A stretch of DNA of 64,000 nt, from NCBI GenBank assembly GCA_904063045.1, contig CAJFCJ010000002.1, positions 2,599,891 through 2,663,890 on the forward strand, written 5' to 3'. Within the stretch, counting starts at the first letter, position 1; every line of letters starts with the position of its first letter. Under the pieces are notes generated by a model. That model did not search any database and was not told where the DNA came from. It saw only the letters and a program-made list of their open reading frames with translations. This document shows, piece by piece, positions 22,686 to 36,220 of this stretch. Both the position numbers and the translations under genes were made by a program. The DNA comes from Dimorphilus gyrociliatus. Taxonomy: Eukaryota; Animalia; Annelida.

Positions 22686-24068
22686 TCGAAAATGAATTGT
22701 TTGTATAGCCATTGTAAAAACGTTGTTAAGGGAATTTAGCTAAATAGTTGTTGATAATTTAAAATTTCTAATATTTTTTCTCTTTAAAAGAAAGAAAATG
22801 ATTTAGAAAACATAGGATAATACATATGTTAAAATTTGTGATTATCCTCTAAATCGATTGTCTCTTTAGATTACTTATAATCACTAAGATTTTCATTTTC
22901 TATAATATTCAGTACTAATAAGACTTAAATTTCCAATCTTCTTTGTACAAATGTCAACTGTTGCTCCTATAGAACGACAAAGGCACCATGGAGTCTGTTC
23001 CATTTAATCCCATTCCTCAAGATAATCAACAGGGGCCCCAGGCCCATTTCATTTATTAGGCATGTTTACGGTGTTTTGTGGAAATTGAACGTAAAGCCAT
23101 TTTCACTCACTTCATTCGTATATAGGTCAATTTATAAATGATGTAACTGATCCTCAATTTTATGTGGTCAGACGATTCGATGAACTGATTGATAATATCG
23201 TCAGATGGCGACACCCCTACTTATCAGTTACGTTCACGCCTCCTCGCATGAATAATCAGGGATTAAGGCAGGGAAATGAAAAATATTCTAACTTGCAACC
23301 AAAGAGAAATGTTAACTGGAAGTTACTGATTGAAATTTGGAGAGGGGGAAAAGACAGAATAAACATCAGTTACTAAAGTATATTGTACAGAGTCCCTCAT
23401 GCGGTATTCAACAGGGAATTTCTTGCGTGCACGTCGTTTATTCGTAGGGTGTACTGGCAAAAATGCAAATTAGCCTTCTTACCATAATTACCGAGTCTGC
23501 TTGACTATTTTAGTTATCATCCCGTCAAAAGGGAGACGACTGGCAATCGACGCTCGTCAGATAAAATTTTCTAGCTTTTATGTGAATTATTTTGATTTTT
23601 CCTTTTTGTTGGACAGCTGAGTCTTTTCTTAATCAGATCACAATAAAATACAAACACTCTTTTTTGTATATAAAATAAACTATGTAAATGAAGGGTTAAG
23701 TAAAGGAAATTAGATGATTAAGATGAAAAAAATCTATTTGTAGACTAGTTAAGAAACATAGTAAAACGATGACGATATTTAATAGAGTTATAGTCTTCCT
23801 AATGCATAAACCGTCAAATATCCATACAACTATTGCTTGAAATTATATTATTGTTTGTCTTACATCTGCAAAAATCTATCTTGCTTATGGCACCCTGAAT
23901 ATTCATTTACTAAATGGAAATTATCGAAGAACTATGATCATGTGAAACTGCCTTTGATATAAAGACAGCTTTTACGGAAGAACAGGATGAAAAGAAGAGA
24001 ATTCTATAATTGTGCAAAATACTGTATATTAATTAAAATAAAATATTACAATGGAAACGATATGTAAT

Positions 24069-24125
24069 TTTGGCGCGAAAGTCGACGATTGGTTGAAAAA
24101 GATTTTAGCGACAAGCGCGCCAAAA
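24069..24125. promoter_or_regulatory. Two E2F-type sites flanking a reverse CCAAT box
   Basis: TTTGGCGCGAAA at 24069-24080, GATTGG at 24087-24092, GCGCGCCAAAA at 24115-24125. Confidence 0.45.
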
Positions 24126-24182
24126 GCGACTTCGGCTAGTTCTTCCTGAGATTCGCTTCGATAGGAGACGATAGAAGAAAAC

Positions 24183-25277
24183 ATGGGAGAGGAGCTATAC
24201 GCCGTTGGAAAGAACATTAAAAGGAATTGTTGGACAAATAGTCACCAAAAAACTTGTCAAATTCTACGTCAAATTCTTTTACAGGTATAATACATTTTTA
24301 ATGACTTTTGTAAATAGTAAACATTAATAGAGGCGGCTATAAAATATTATCGATTGACATTAATTAACGATCGTTTTCGAAGACGAAACGTCACTTACAG
24401 TTCTATGTCAAGTACCATACGACGCCGGCGTTAAAGACGTAGGCAAATATTTGTTAGTTGATCTAGCGGATTTTTTCGCCCCAAACTTTAATGATCCCCT
24501 GGGTGGTGTAATGATAAGTAGTGACCGTACTTACGTTTAATCAATTCTAGTGATAAAATCTGAGAAGGGACAGTTAGGAGCAGGAAATTTTGATAGATGA
24601 AATTAATAATACTAGATATGGTGAAGATGACAGAATTAAGAGTAGACAAGCCAGCATTAGTAAGTGGAAGATAGAGGTATAGAGCATGAAAAGGGAATTG
24701 GAGACATAGGAAGTTTTTGCAATAGTTTTCGCGGAGCTTAAGAGATCGGCGCGCCTAATCCTCAACGCCTGATCAAACTTCACAGAGGCTCTTTCCTCCC
24801 TATTCGAACGCCGTAAGCTCTGAAGTTTTGTAAATTAGCTTCTCTTCTTTTCATTTCTCCGAAGCCTCCGAAGAAACTAAGAAACAATGAAATAGAAGGT
24901 AAAGGAGGAAAAAAAAGGAGGAGGGAAATCAATAGAGTCAAAATACATTTCCGTTCGTATTCTACCGTTTTCCCGATTTGCTTGGGGGGGCCTTTAATAA
25001 TTTATTGATCAGGCATAGAGCAACTTGTATAATGGACTTTTCAGTTTCAATTTCGGCGCTTTTTTGACAAACACAATTTCCTAGTCGAATCACAGACGTC
25101 CCTAGTGGTATGTTCCATATTTTTTTCATACATTCATTTCTTGTCTTGTAGTCGACATCTTGCAATTTTCCGTAGATGGAACGAGATTTATCATTTATGA
25201 AACTTACTAAAAGGAGTAAAAAGAAAAATGTTCCCCCTCTTTCTTTTCCTATATTTTCTCATTTAACCGACGGTTGA
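24183..25277 (+). CDS. Putative small basic orphan protein (about 86 aa) built from 4 short exons
   Basis: Exons 24183-24284, 24865-24898, 25085-25107, 25176-25277 are GT-AG and in phase, giving MGEELYAVGKN...ILLQ|PPKKLRNNEIE|VESQTSLV|MERDLSFMKLTKRSKKK...DG*. No homology recognised. Confidence 0.3.
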
Positions 25278-28200
25278 AGTCAATATTTCGGAGTACCATT
25301 TCGACGATAGTTCACAGTTTTTCCGGCAATTCAGAATAAATATCGTTATGTCACGTGACAACAATACGCTAAACTTACAACCGTTGCAATAAGAGAGATT
25401 AGAAGTGGAAGAATGCCTTTATTTAACCTAAGGATGTGCCATATGTGTAAATATACGTTCAGAGCGTATTATAGAAAGATAGCATATTTATATAGTAGGC
25501 AAACTCTCATTGCTAAATCCTCTCATCAATCTCCCATCAAAGGCTACGCGACCAAGTCGAGTATTATCTGAACTATGGGCCCGGCTTACGCCTAATATAT
25601 AATATATAACGATATGCTAAAACGAATTACCGAGATCCGAAAAGTGTGAAATGGGGAGAAAACAAGCGCGAACGAAACAGCCCTACGCCCGTAGACTCCA
25701 TCCCGAGAGATTGTACGGAGCGAACGCAGTTTGCCTGTATCGTAATGATTTATAGAAACGAAAATTTTTTTATTTGACGCTTTTATAAAAAAAAAAATAA
25801 ATATAGGTGAAAAAGAAACCAGTTACGTCTTTTGTCGAGGCATTTCCTTCCTTTTTTCTCTATTTCATATAAAATTTTACTAGATAAAAAGCCTTTCCGT
25901 GTACCAGTGTCGAAAATTACGTCCATAGTCGAGTGACTATTCAAACAGACGCCATTAGCTAATAAGGCCTTGTATGAGCTCTTGGTCAACTACTATCCCG
26001 CTAGAGTCACGTTTTCCTCATTATCTTACGCAAGGGATGTATATTTAGGAACAACAAGTACAGGGAACGCTAGTTCTCGTCACGTGGTTTTTGGTAGAAA
26101 CATTACTATTGAAGCAATCTTCTTATGATTTTCGCATACGTTCACACCCATAAACTATCCCTTTCATGCATGCAGCTAATGTACTAAAGGAGTCAATATT
26201 CCGCATGACTACTCCTGCTGAAAAATACCCGAACGATAGTATTGCAGTTGGCGCCGGCGTTAGTACGCTTCGTTGCGGATTAGAGACGGCCTGGCGTCTT
26301 TTTTTCGTTTAGTTCTATTTGCATTTTTGTTCGACGCTGCGTAAGGACGTCATGCGAAGATTATTGTGACGAACGACAATGCGACCGTAATTTCACTCCC
26401 GATCATTTTTACGTATACGTCACTCTTGTTTCTTTCTTCTGCCAGAGTGATGCCGTCTCATACGATAAATTACCGAAACCAATCGTCCAAGAGAAAGTTG
26501 CAAGTTCATCTCAAACAAACGTAAGTTTTTTTCCCTTGCTTATTCTATATCTATTCATTTACGGCCGAATAGAGAAAAGAATAATTCCTTCTCTCTTCTT
26601 TACTTTCCCTAGCGACTCGAGTATTCTAGTCCGAGGAGAGTAGGAAAAGAATAAAAAAAAAAGAAAGAAAGAAAGATAGAACCTTACGAAATGGTTACAA
26701 TTCTAAAACTTTAATATATTTTAACCAAAGAGAGATATGTACAGTATATTACTTGATCAGAAACTAGACATGTATATCATTTTTCCTTAATTTCAATTGT
26801 AAATTAATTAACCTGTTGATGAGTATCGTAATCGTCTTCATATATTTCTTTTTATGAATATTTCAATATGAATATTTTTGAATATTCATATCCTCTTAGA
26901 TTAAGTATTATTCAAAAAGGTTGAAAATATCAGATGGTGTTTAAATACTTAAGTTACGTAATATAGATAGATGAATGAATATTATACGCTGCTAAACATA
27001 ATAAAGAAATTTATAGAAGGCTTTCGGCTTTTATTATTACAATCGCGTTCGGCCAATGATTAGATTAAGTTCGCTTAGTTAAATTCCGCCTATCTGGAAC
27101 AATTGCCAATTTTGCAGATCGACGCATGTTCGCTGAACGAAAATTCTATGGTAATTTTACTTTTATTGTACAATTGCAATATAATTAATAAATGAAACGT
27201 TACAAATATTTATTTAAAAGAAAGAAACGCCATCTACAGCATTCCAAAAGAGACGCATTTTAAAGAAGAAGGAAACTCAAAAGTTAAAAATTAAATTCCA
27301 TATACCAAGATTATAATTCTTGGTATAAATAGAAGCACTTCCTCTTCACACTTATCCTCTTTCACCCATTTGAAAAAGAGAAAAGAATTGTAACAATTTT
27401 TTTCAAACAACCGGAAATAGAAGTTTGAACAACGTCAATTATAATATTTTTAACTCTCTTTCATTCGCATTTTTAGTGTTTTGAATCTGTAACAATGGAA
27501 TATGGAAAATAATAGACAAAAATATTATACTGCAGCTTTAATAATATTAAAAAAATAAGGGATGATTTTACTTAGAAAATTAGTATGGATTGATTATTGG
27601 AAATGGAATAAATATTTATACAATTAATAGAGTCATTAAAAATGTTCTTGTTTTATTAGATATATTGAAAATATACATAGATACAGTACGTATTATGTAA
27701 AACTTATTTAGAAGAACGATAAGAGGGTATTTAATCTTGATTGATGAATAAAAAATCATTCATTTCTCCCACCCTGCCTCTTTCTCTCTCCTATAAATGC
27801 TGGCTTAGTATAATTTTCTGATGAGAAAAAGAATAAAAGAGAATTGATCGATAGGAAAGAAAATTATCCTTTATCCGCAATTTTATTAAAAAGATAAAAA
27901 TAGATATAAGAATGCTAATTGTTTAATCTTTATCTGTTTTTGTCTTTTCACACATAAGCCCTGACACATTTCCTTTTCTCTCTCTCTCCATCCTTCTGTC
28001 TTTCCTATTATTCTTATTCTCTGCGGGCTAATATTTTCACTCTTAAATTATCTAAGATTCATTAGAATGTCTAAGGATATTAACATTAAGTTTTTTTTAT
28101 TATATTATTTTTCCCCCTTAATTCATCCTCCTTTTATCATATTCTTTTTATCCGTTTTTCTTTGACTCGTTCCGATATCCTCTTTATTTTTCTTTTGATC

Positions 28201-30287
28201 TTTTCAATGTTTTGTTTCCTTTCTCTCTTAATTAGTGATTCTGACTAAGTAAAATATCGCCGTTGGGGAGTTTTTTTTAAATTTACATTGTTAAAGGATA
28301 TATACTTTATTCTAATAGAATGTGTACATTGCATATATATGGACAAATTATATAAACAAATGATACTTTTATCTTCTTTACGTATACACTGCTTTCTCTT
28401 TTTTCTTTAATAAAAAGAAATTGGGTGCTTTTTTTTTCAAATCTCTAAATCCCATCCCTACTCTAGTGCTAACAAACTGTTGTGATACAGAATTTTATAA
28501 CCCAGTTATGAACAACTAGATGGCGTTAGGTATATTTTTATTTCTCTTTTTATTTCTTCTTTTACAAGGCCATAGGCCTTTCGGAAGTTGAACTTAACTA
28601 AAATGGATTCTTTTGTAAAGAATAGTGGGAACAATTGATTTTCGAGTTGAATGACGTGTTAGGCCTAAAATACACTGAAAGAATATCTTTGAATAGATAA
28701 TAAAAATTAAGGGACATGATTGATATTGGTAGGTATTTTAAGGTCTTATCTATTAAAGTACTAGTCAAATACAATTCATTTATTCTTATCAATTATGAAA
28801 GGTAAAGTACATGTAAAACTGAAAAAGGAAGATGGTTATTTTATCATTTAGATTTAGGCAACTAGATTTCTCTATATCAGTATAAATATGACTAAAAGGA
28901 ATAAAATTACGTCTGTGCGCATGTTGTCGCAAAATATTCAATTAATTTTTAACTAAGTAGATGAAAAACAGATAAAAGAATAACGATCATCGTCATAACA
29001 ATCATAATAACTTGTTTAAATATATAGAAATAGATACCAAAGTATACACAATACTTGTATGAGGAGCGCTAAACTAAAAAAGTAACACAAAAAATCTGAC
29101 AGTTAGACAAGAGAAGATTGTAATCTCTCTATCTCTCTTTCTGCACGTGTTTTTGTGTATATATGTCCCCCTCCCATCTCTCTCTCTCTCTCTCTCTTTA
29201 TTCCCTTTAATCTCTTCCAATCTATCTAATTATTCTATAAAATTTCTTTTCTTTATTTTATACTTTTTTGATTCTAAAAAAAAAGTGAAATTTTTGAAGA
29301 ATAAAAAACAAAATTTGTGTAATTAATCTTTTTCAAGAGGATCATTTAATCGTTTAAATACTTTGCCAATTGAAAACTACCGATATTTTCTTCTAACAAT
29401 AAGTTATTATTTAAGATAAAATTTAAATTATACAAAAGAAGACCGAGCGGGAGGAGTGGAGGGATGGAAATTGTAAATAAGTATATATATATATACAGTT
29501 ATATCATATGAGAATAAGAGAGAAATTGAAATTGATAATAATGTTGAAATAAGATTGATAATAGGATTTAAAATGATTTGTTAGACATTTGGAACTGCGT
29601 AATCTTTTCACTATTAAATATCTGGTCTAATATAGGTTGAAAATTAATACCAGATTCTTATCAATAAGGCTACGAAATAGAACCATAATGTTTAAATTGT
29701 TTAAGTAGATATTGAAAAATAAATATTAAAGACCATTCAGAGAGATAATTAAATTTGTTTGTCTATGAGAGCAAGTTTTATTTTACTAATTTCAAAATCA
29801 AAAGTATGTAAAAACAGCTCACAATACAAACTAATTATATAATGTATAGATCATATCATTATATATATATATAAATTTGCATATTCATAAAGTGCAGGCA
29901 AGGCATCATTTTTTAATAATATTCTTATAGAATATAAGAATTTTTTAAGAGTTTTGTTAATGATTGCTTAGTTAAAAAACAAAAAAGCTTAATTCAAAGA
30001 TGAGGAAGATGATAAATACATATCCTATTCATCAGAGAATACTTAAAAATGGCAAGAAAATAACTAGACTATTAGTATTAGTATTATGACTTTTGAACAA
30101 AGGGAAAGAAGAGAGGAGAGGAGTGAAAGTATAGTTACATGAATTGATTAAGGTATATGTAATTAAAACATTAATTTCATAAGAAAAGATCAATTCAACG
30201 GAGCTTTTGAATATTTACTTCCAATGAACTTGTGTCTCATTATGACTAATGTAATATCTTTATTTCGATTTCTATTCTTTCCTCTTG

Positions 30288-31526
30288 TTAAACGTCTTGC
30301 AGACTTGGGTTTGGGAGTTCAGAATATCCCTTTACCTTCCTTTCCCAAGTATCCCATATAGCACCTGTTATATCGTTGGTTGTTAAGAAGTTACAATTAT
30401 GGCCAATTAGGCGTATAAGGAATACTCCATCGTGACGCAAATAGTCTACAAATTCAGATATTAAACGTTCTTTTGAATCGACATCGATCTGTCTAGTGGC
30501 AAGGTGGTTTGTTACATATCTTTTTTTATCCCATGGTAGGACAGATCTAATTAACCAAAATAGAAAATTTAAAACGGTAATGATGGCGACCATCAAGAAC
30601 CAAAACCATAGGAAAACGTAAATCTTTTCGTTATACATATTAATTGGCAGTACACATTGAACGGTATATTTGTGAACGTTTCCCAATCTTCTAACTTGAA
30701 AATCACACATGGTAACCAGAGGAAATGTGTTTGCAACATCATGTTTCCACGGCCCGCTACTGCCTCTACCACTTAGTAAGTCATAACCAAAAGATCCATA
30801 CTTGGTTCCAAGAAGAAGATTAAGGACAAAAAATTGCCCTATAACATTAGCAATATATAGGACTTTTGAGATTAAGAAAATCATCAAAAGATATCCAGTA
30901 AATCGTCGAGAATAAAGTTTCTGTATTGTAGTATTTTTACCTTTCTTCTTCTTGTCACCGTCGTCAATATCTTCACCTTTATTTTCTAAAGGTTGCCCTT
31001 CAACAGTATCTCTTGCTCTTAGAAATCTGTGAAATTGTTGCGAAAGAAACTCAAGGATTTTGTTTCTCGCTTTCACATCTTTAGTCGCTGAGAGTTTGTG
31101 AGCAGTTGATAAAATATCATCGGAATCTACGCCAGCCCTATCGTTAAGACCATGCCAGAAGAAAGATGGTAAGAAAAAGAAAAAAGCTTGTCCAAGCATG
31201 ATAAAAGGTATCCATTGATAATACGGTAAAACTTTTCTTGGTCCTACTTCGTCTGGTCTGGGAATATATTCATCAAATGGAAGATAATAAGTATTTCGAA
31301 CCCAGCAATAAGAGTTCATATATTTTACATGGCTTCCAGTAAAGTGTTTCGGTTCCCAACAATTTAAAGGCTTTCCAATAAAATATTGCTGACCTGATAC
31401 AACAATGGCGAACGCAACAATAAGCGCAACAGTATACCTCGAATTTAACCTGTCAGCAAAGTCATCATCAGCTTTGACCCCAGAACCTTTAGAGGCTCCC
31501 TTAATAACTGATACGATTTTTTCCAT
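30288..31526 (-). CDS. inx: Innexin (invertebrate gap-junction / pannexin family), intronless CDS, 412 aa
   Basis: DDDFADRLNSRYT, CW...YMNSYCWVRNTY, the signature YYQWIP, FPLVTMCDFQVR...QCVLPINMYNEKIYVFLWFWF; four hydrophobic segments. Confidence 0.97.
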   Translation of the reverse strand: MEKIVSVIKGASKGSGVKADDDFADRLNSRYTVALIVAFAIVVSGQQYFIGKPLNCWEPKHFTGSHVKYMNSYCWVRNTYYLPFDEYIPRPDEVGPRKVLPYYQWIPFIMLGQAFFFFLPSFFWHGLNDRAGVDSDDILSTAHKLSATKDVKARNKILEFLSQQFHRFLRARDTVEGQPLENKGEDIDDGDKKKKGKNTTIQKLYSRRFTGYLLMIFLISKVLYIANVIGQFFVLNLLLGTKYGSFGYDLLSGRGSSGPWKHDVANTFPLVTMCDFQVRRLGNVHKYTVQCVLPINMYNEKIYVFLWFWFLMVAIITVLNFLFWLIRSVLPWDKKRYVTNHLATRQIDVDSKERLISEFVDYLRHDGVFLIRLIGHNCNFLTTNDITGAIWDTWERKVKGYSELPNPSLQDV

Positions 31527-33192
31527 TCCTAAAGAAAAAAGCTTTCCAAACCTGAAAAAGAGATTTTATAACGTTATGTAAAAGTAGTAGAACAAGATCA
31601 AAATATAGTAAACTATCTACAAAAGTATATTTATATATTCGGATGTTTATTTAAATAACTGTATAAAAAAAACCGAGTGCAAAAGGGTAAGAAAGGACAT
31701 TAAAAGAGAAATATATAAATATAGTGCATAGTATTTATGACTAAAGGGATACATACTCTATACGCCTCTATCAGAAATTATCCTCAGAGTTATTAGATAT
31801 TATTTCCAATGAAAAGTTTGAAACTATAGACAAAATTATATAAATAATATATATATATATATATATATTAAAATTTCCTTTGTTAAGTATCTTATCCTCA
31901 CTCTCTCTCTGTCTGTCTGTCTGTCTGTCTTTTGATTGCTCTCCCTATGTCCTTCTATCTCTCTCTCTGGCCTTTTTCTATCGTTCTTGTTAGTCAGCCA
32001 AATCGCGGTTTGATTTGAAAAGTTCAATATGGAAACTGGCCAAAATACCAAAAGTTTTTGCGATGCTTTTCATGTAAACAGTAACTTGATTCATTTAACA
32101 ACCTAGATAGGCAAAAACGAATTGTTTTTCGTACCCCCCTCCCTTTATGCCGCTAGTTTAAAAGTAAGTAAGATAAACATATCATAAATCCCGAAATTGT
32201 AACCTTTACACCTATACATAAGAAGTATAAAATATATGCGCTATTGTAATTTCATTTTGTGCCCGGATGTTTTTTATGATCCTCTAAATTTATACTAAAG
32301 AGAGTTAGACTATCCCATTTATTATTCGTGTTTAAAATGCTTTATACCTCAAAAAAAAAAAATCAATAGATGTCACTTAATAGACCAATTTTTGAACAGG
32401 CAATATACGCTAGATGGCCTACTTGATGCTGCTTGACAAATAAGTTATCTTTAGGTAGCGAACAACGAAAAAAACGCCCCAATTCCTTCTTAATTAATTT
32501 ATTAATTTAATAATAATAATGAGTTACATATTTATTTAAAATTGTACAAGATATTAACATAAAGGCTAAAGTATTAAATCTTTAACAACAATAACATCTT
32601 CACTCTTACAAAGAGAAGGAGTTGAACAAATAAATACATAGAGCATAATGTAAATTGTAAACTGTATAAGTTTCTTACTTATATCACAAGCGGATAATAG
32701 ATGTACAACCAGAAATGGGTATATAATTACTTGTTCATATGCATTCGCAATGTAAATACTGCAACAAATTTTTTTTCTAGCGGATGTCGATTATATAGGA
32801 GGGGGATATAATAGGAGAGAACTAAAGGATTCAATGAACGTCTAGAACATCCATTTATTCCATACATTTTTCTTTTCAAGCAGCAGTAGCAGCAACTGGC
32901 ATACAGTTGATCTACAATTTAAACCTGTTGCTCTTACCAACCAATTTATAGCTGTAAATTACAATATGTCAAGAGGTGCGAAATTACACAATATAAAAAT
33001 TGCAAATACTTTGTTTTTAGTTAAAAATAACATAAGTAAAAAAAAAGAAAAAAAACCAACTGCAATACATCGTTCAATAATTGATTTTGCAGAAGCGCGA
33101 CAACTTTTCTATTTGTTGTCACCGTCGCCAAGTGACGTCCGTTAGACAATGACCTATCGACTCGTTCATTGTTTTCCTCATCGAAATATTTT

Positions 33193-36027
33193 TCAAGCTT
33201 CTGATTCAACATTCTCTTCTTGCTCAAATTCCTTATTTTTATCTTTCTTCTTTTTCTTCTTTTCCTTATCCTTCTTGCTTTTCTTTCGCTTTTTCTTAGA
33301 TTTTTCAGCCTCAGGAGATTCTTGTATAGCTTGATCAAGTTCGTCAAGAATATCATCAATTCTCTGCTCGTCCTTATTGGAAGCTTCCCCATTAGCTTTC
33401 ACTTCTTCGTTATCAATATCATCATCAGCGCTTGCCTCTAGTTGTTTCTTTTTTTGCTTTTCCTCTTTTTTCTTCTTCTTTCTTTTCTTCTTTTCTTCTA
33501 ATTTTTCTTTAAGTTTGTTCCATTGTCTATTCTTGCCTTCGGTTTGTCTAAAGGGAATCGATGAAAGCCATTAATCAATAAATTTTAAGTTTTTTTTTAT
33601 GTTTTAGCGAGCAACACGTAATTAATAATTTGTGAAATGTCTTTGGGATCAAGAATAATATCATACGTGAAAGAACTGAGAAGATAAACCAATACTCGGA
33701 CGGAGGAAATTGAATTATTGATCAGTCGGTTAAGAGTTCCTATATCATAAACTATGAGTGTTATACTTACGTCTTCTCAACATCATCGGCCTGTTGCAGA
33801 AGTTCTGTTGCTTTTTGTGCTTCCTCTTCTTTTTTCGCTTTTCTCTTCTCTTTCATCATTTGTACTATTTGAGATTGTCTTGCTCTTTCATTCTGAACTT
33901 TTGATTCATGAACTTGCATATTTCTTAAGATAGCTTCCTTTTCTTCTGCGAATTCTTTTTCTAAGTCGACATCGTCGTCGGTCTTTTTCTTCCATACTTC
34001 CGGAGTTCCTGGTAAGACCATTGAAGATTCACGTGAAAGAAGAGTCATTTGTCTTGACATATTTGGAGGTTTATCTTTAATATTTGGTAGAGTTCCATTT
34101 CTAGTTGGAGGTCGAGGAGTTGCCAAGAATTCTCGAACTTGTTTCCTTTGTTTCATTTGTTCGACTACTTCTTGTTCTAATTGTTTTTTTCTAATAGCGG
34201 CTTTTTTCTCCTTCCATCTTTGCCTAGGATCTTTTTCGTTGGAAGTGACAGAGCTTGTTTCCTTCTCAAAACTAAGTGTATCGGAACTCCATGCAGTATT
34301 CCTACCAGAAATAGTCGACATACGGCTTATTGACGGCATAGAAACGCTTTCAGACATTCGAGGTGTATGTTTCTTCCTATTAACAGTTTCTGAAAATGTT
34401 CGGTCCCTCTGATTGCCCATCATCATCGATTGCCTAGATTGTAGAGCTGTTCATTAGAATAAATTCAACAGTTAAGAATTGTCATTCCGATATAATTTCT
34501 GAAAAATATGGATTTTTCTTTCTGATAATTTATTAGCCAGGTGAATGAAAAATTAATTATTAAAAATGACTTTTTCATTCGTAATTAGAAATGACAGTAT
34601 CAGAAAATTACCTAATCTCTCCGTTTCCATTCTATCAGCTTCTTGTTGTTTGCTGATCATATTCGCTGTAAGTTGCATTTCAGTTCGACTTCTACTAAGA
34701 AAATGTATCATGGCATCTGTTTCCTTATCGTAAATATCTTCCATATTCTTCAGGAAACTCTCCTGTTAATTTTCATATTAATAAAGCAGTTGATTATCAA
34801 GTTAGAAGAAGAAAGTTAAGAAAAAAAAAAGGAAAGTAACACAAAGAGAGATTGAGAGAGAAATTCATTTAAATATACAGATATGAATTGAAGCTTTTTT
34901 ACCATTTGAAAATATTTAGAGAAAATATACACAAAATTAAACTACAAACCAATTTTGGATCTTTGACTTTCATTTTTAATTGCATCAATTTTACAATAAA
35001 ATCGTCTGGCATATCCATCTTGTTTATTTTTTAAGTGTTTGTTGCCTCTTTTTATGTTGAGAAGAGGAACTATTGAGATAGTTAGACGGGTATAAGATTA
35101 AATAAAAATAAGAAGAGAAGAGAGATAAACTTTGCTAAATTTTTGCAGGAAGTTGTATTAAAAAAAAACACAAGAAAGAAAAAAAAAGGAAAACCTATAA
35201 TGAAATAAAGTAGGAAGGATAAGAATAGAGGCTATAAGGCAAACAAGATGAAGGGAGAAAAGGGAAAAAAAGGTTTCAATAGAGTAGGAAAATTAAGTAT
35301 CAATTCCTCTTGTCCTTAATGATATTGTTGAAAATATATTGAGAGGAAGTAGAAGTCATTTTAGTCCATACTTGATGGCATTTCAGAGCAAACTAAACTC
35401 TGAAGCGTATATTTCCAATAAATTATTTGAATGATTTATGAAATGCGAGTAGTTGTATACATTAATGTTTGTTGTGGATATTGAATATTCAAATCGATCT
35501 ATACTTCTTAATTCGCGTATTCAACCGATATTTACCCAAATTACACACAAATCTAATTCACTTTCGTAAATAAAATCGACAGGTTTCCTCCCTCCGTAGC
35601 CAAATTAAACAATAAGATAATAGACAAGGTATTAATTATCTATTTGTGTAAAATTTTTAATTACTCATTAATAAATTATTTTTATTCATGTAAAATATTC
35701 CTTCATTGCCTTTTTCTTGAATATATACATTTCCCAATATTTTTACTGTTTCAAATCAATTCAAACAGTCGATTTATGAGTATATGTATCTTATTAATTA
35801 TTCAAACTATCGACAGATGCTTTACAAAAGGGATAACGAACTTCTTTTATAAAAATGTTAAGTAAGGAGTCATTCTTAGGTTGAGTTAATCAGTATAATC
35901 CACAATTTAGGATACAGGACAATGACATTAACGTGGAAGGTTATTAAGAATTTAATTATGTATCAGTATATTCGTATACTAATATATATGATTGAATATT
36001 AGTGTATTTATTTCACACAGAAATCTT

Positions 36028-36068
<41 letters not shown>

Positions 36069-36220
36069 ATCCCTTATTAAACAAACCCTTAGTTTAGGAG
36101 ATAGCTTTTTTAATTTTCTTTTCATATCCTCGTTATAATCAGATTCTTCCAAAAGATCCCACATGATATTATTCGTACAGTTCTCCTCTTCTTTTAAACG
36201 TACCACGGTCGGGACTTCGA
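33193..36220 (-). CDS. Uncharacterised coiled-coil, Lys/Glu-rich protein (at least 438 codons; first exon not resolved)
   Basis: Exons 36220-36087, 34762-34612, 34446-33771, 33547-33193 are phase-compatible with GT-AG ends; poly-Lys/acidic C-terminus. The 36.1-kb exon is the least certain. Confidence 0.7.
36032..36066. repeat. (CT/GA)n microsatellite
   Basis: About 17 uninterrupted TC units. Shorter (CT)n/(GA)n tracts lie near 29177, 53421 and 61868; (AT)n tracts near 16765, 31845 and 62770. Confidence 0.95.

Noticed and set aside
22988-23376. Possible plus-strand gene (MESVPFNP... / VVRRFDELIDNIVRWRHP...)
   Set aside because: Requires an in-frame stop or implausibly short (29-36 nt) introns; no homology recognised.
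26205-26312. ATG-started ORF that appeared to encode a signal peptide
   Set aside because: Careful reading shows a TAG at 26310-26312, giving only 35 aa.
30288-31526. Functional link between the innexin and the nearby ZO-like scaffold, by analogy to ZO-1/connexin43
   Set aside because: Proximity only (14 kb apart, with unrelated genes between); no sequence evidence.
33021-33574. Several overlapping Phe/Leu- or Lys-rich ORFs
   Set aside because: Alternative frames of the low-complexity poly-Lys exon.
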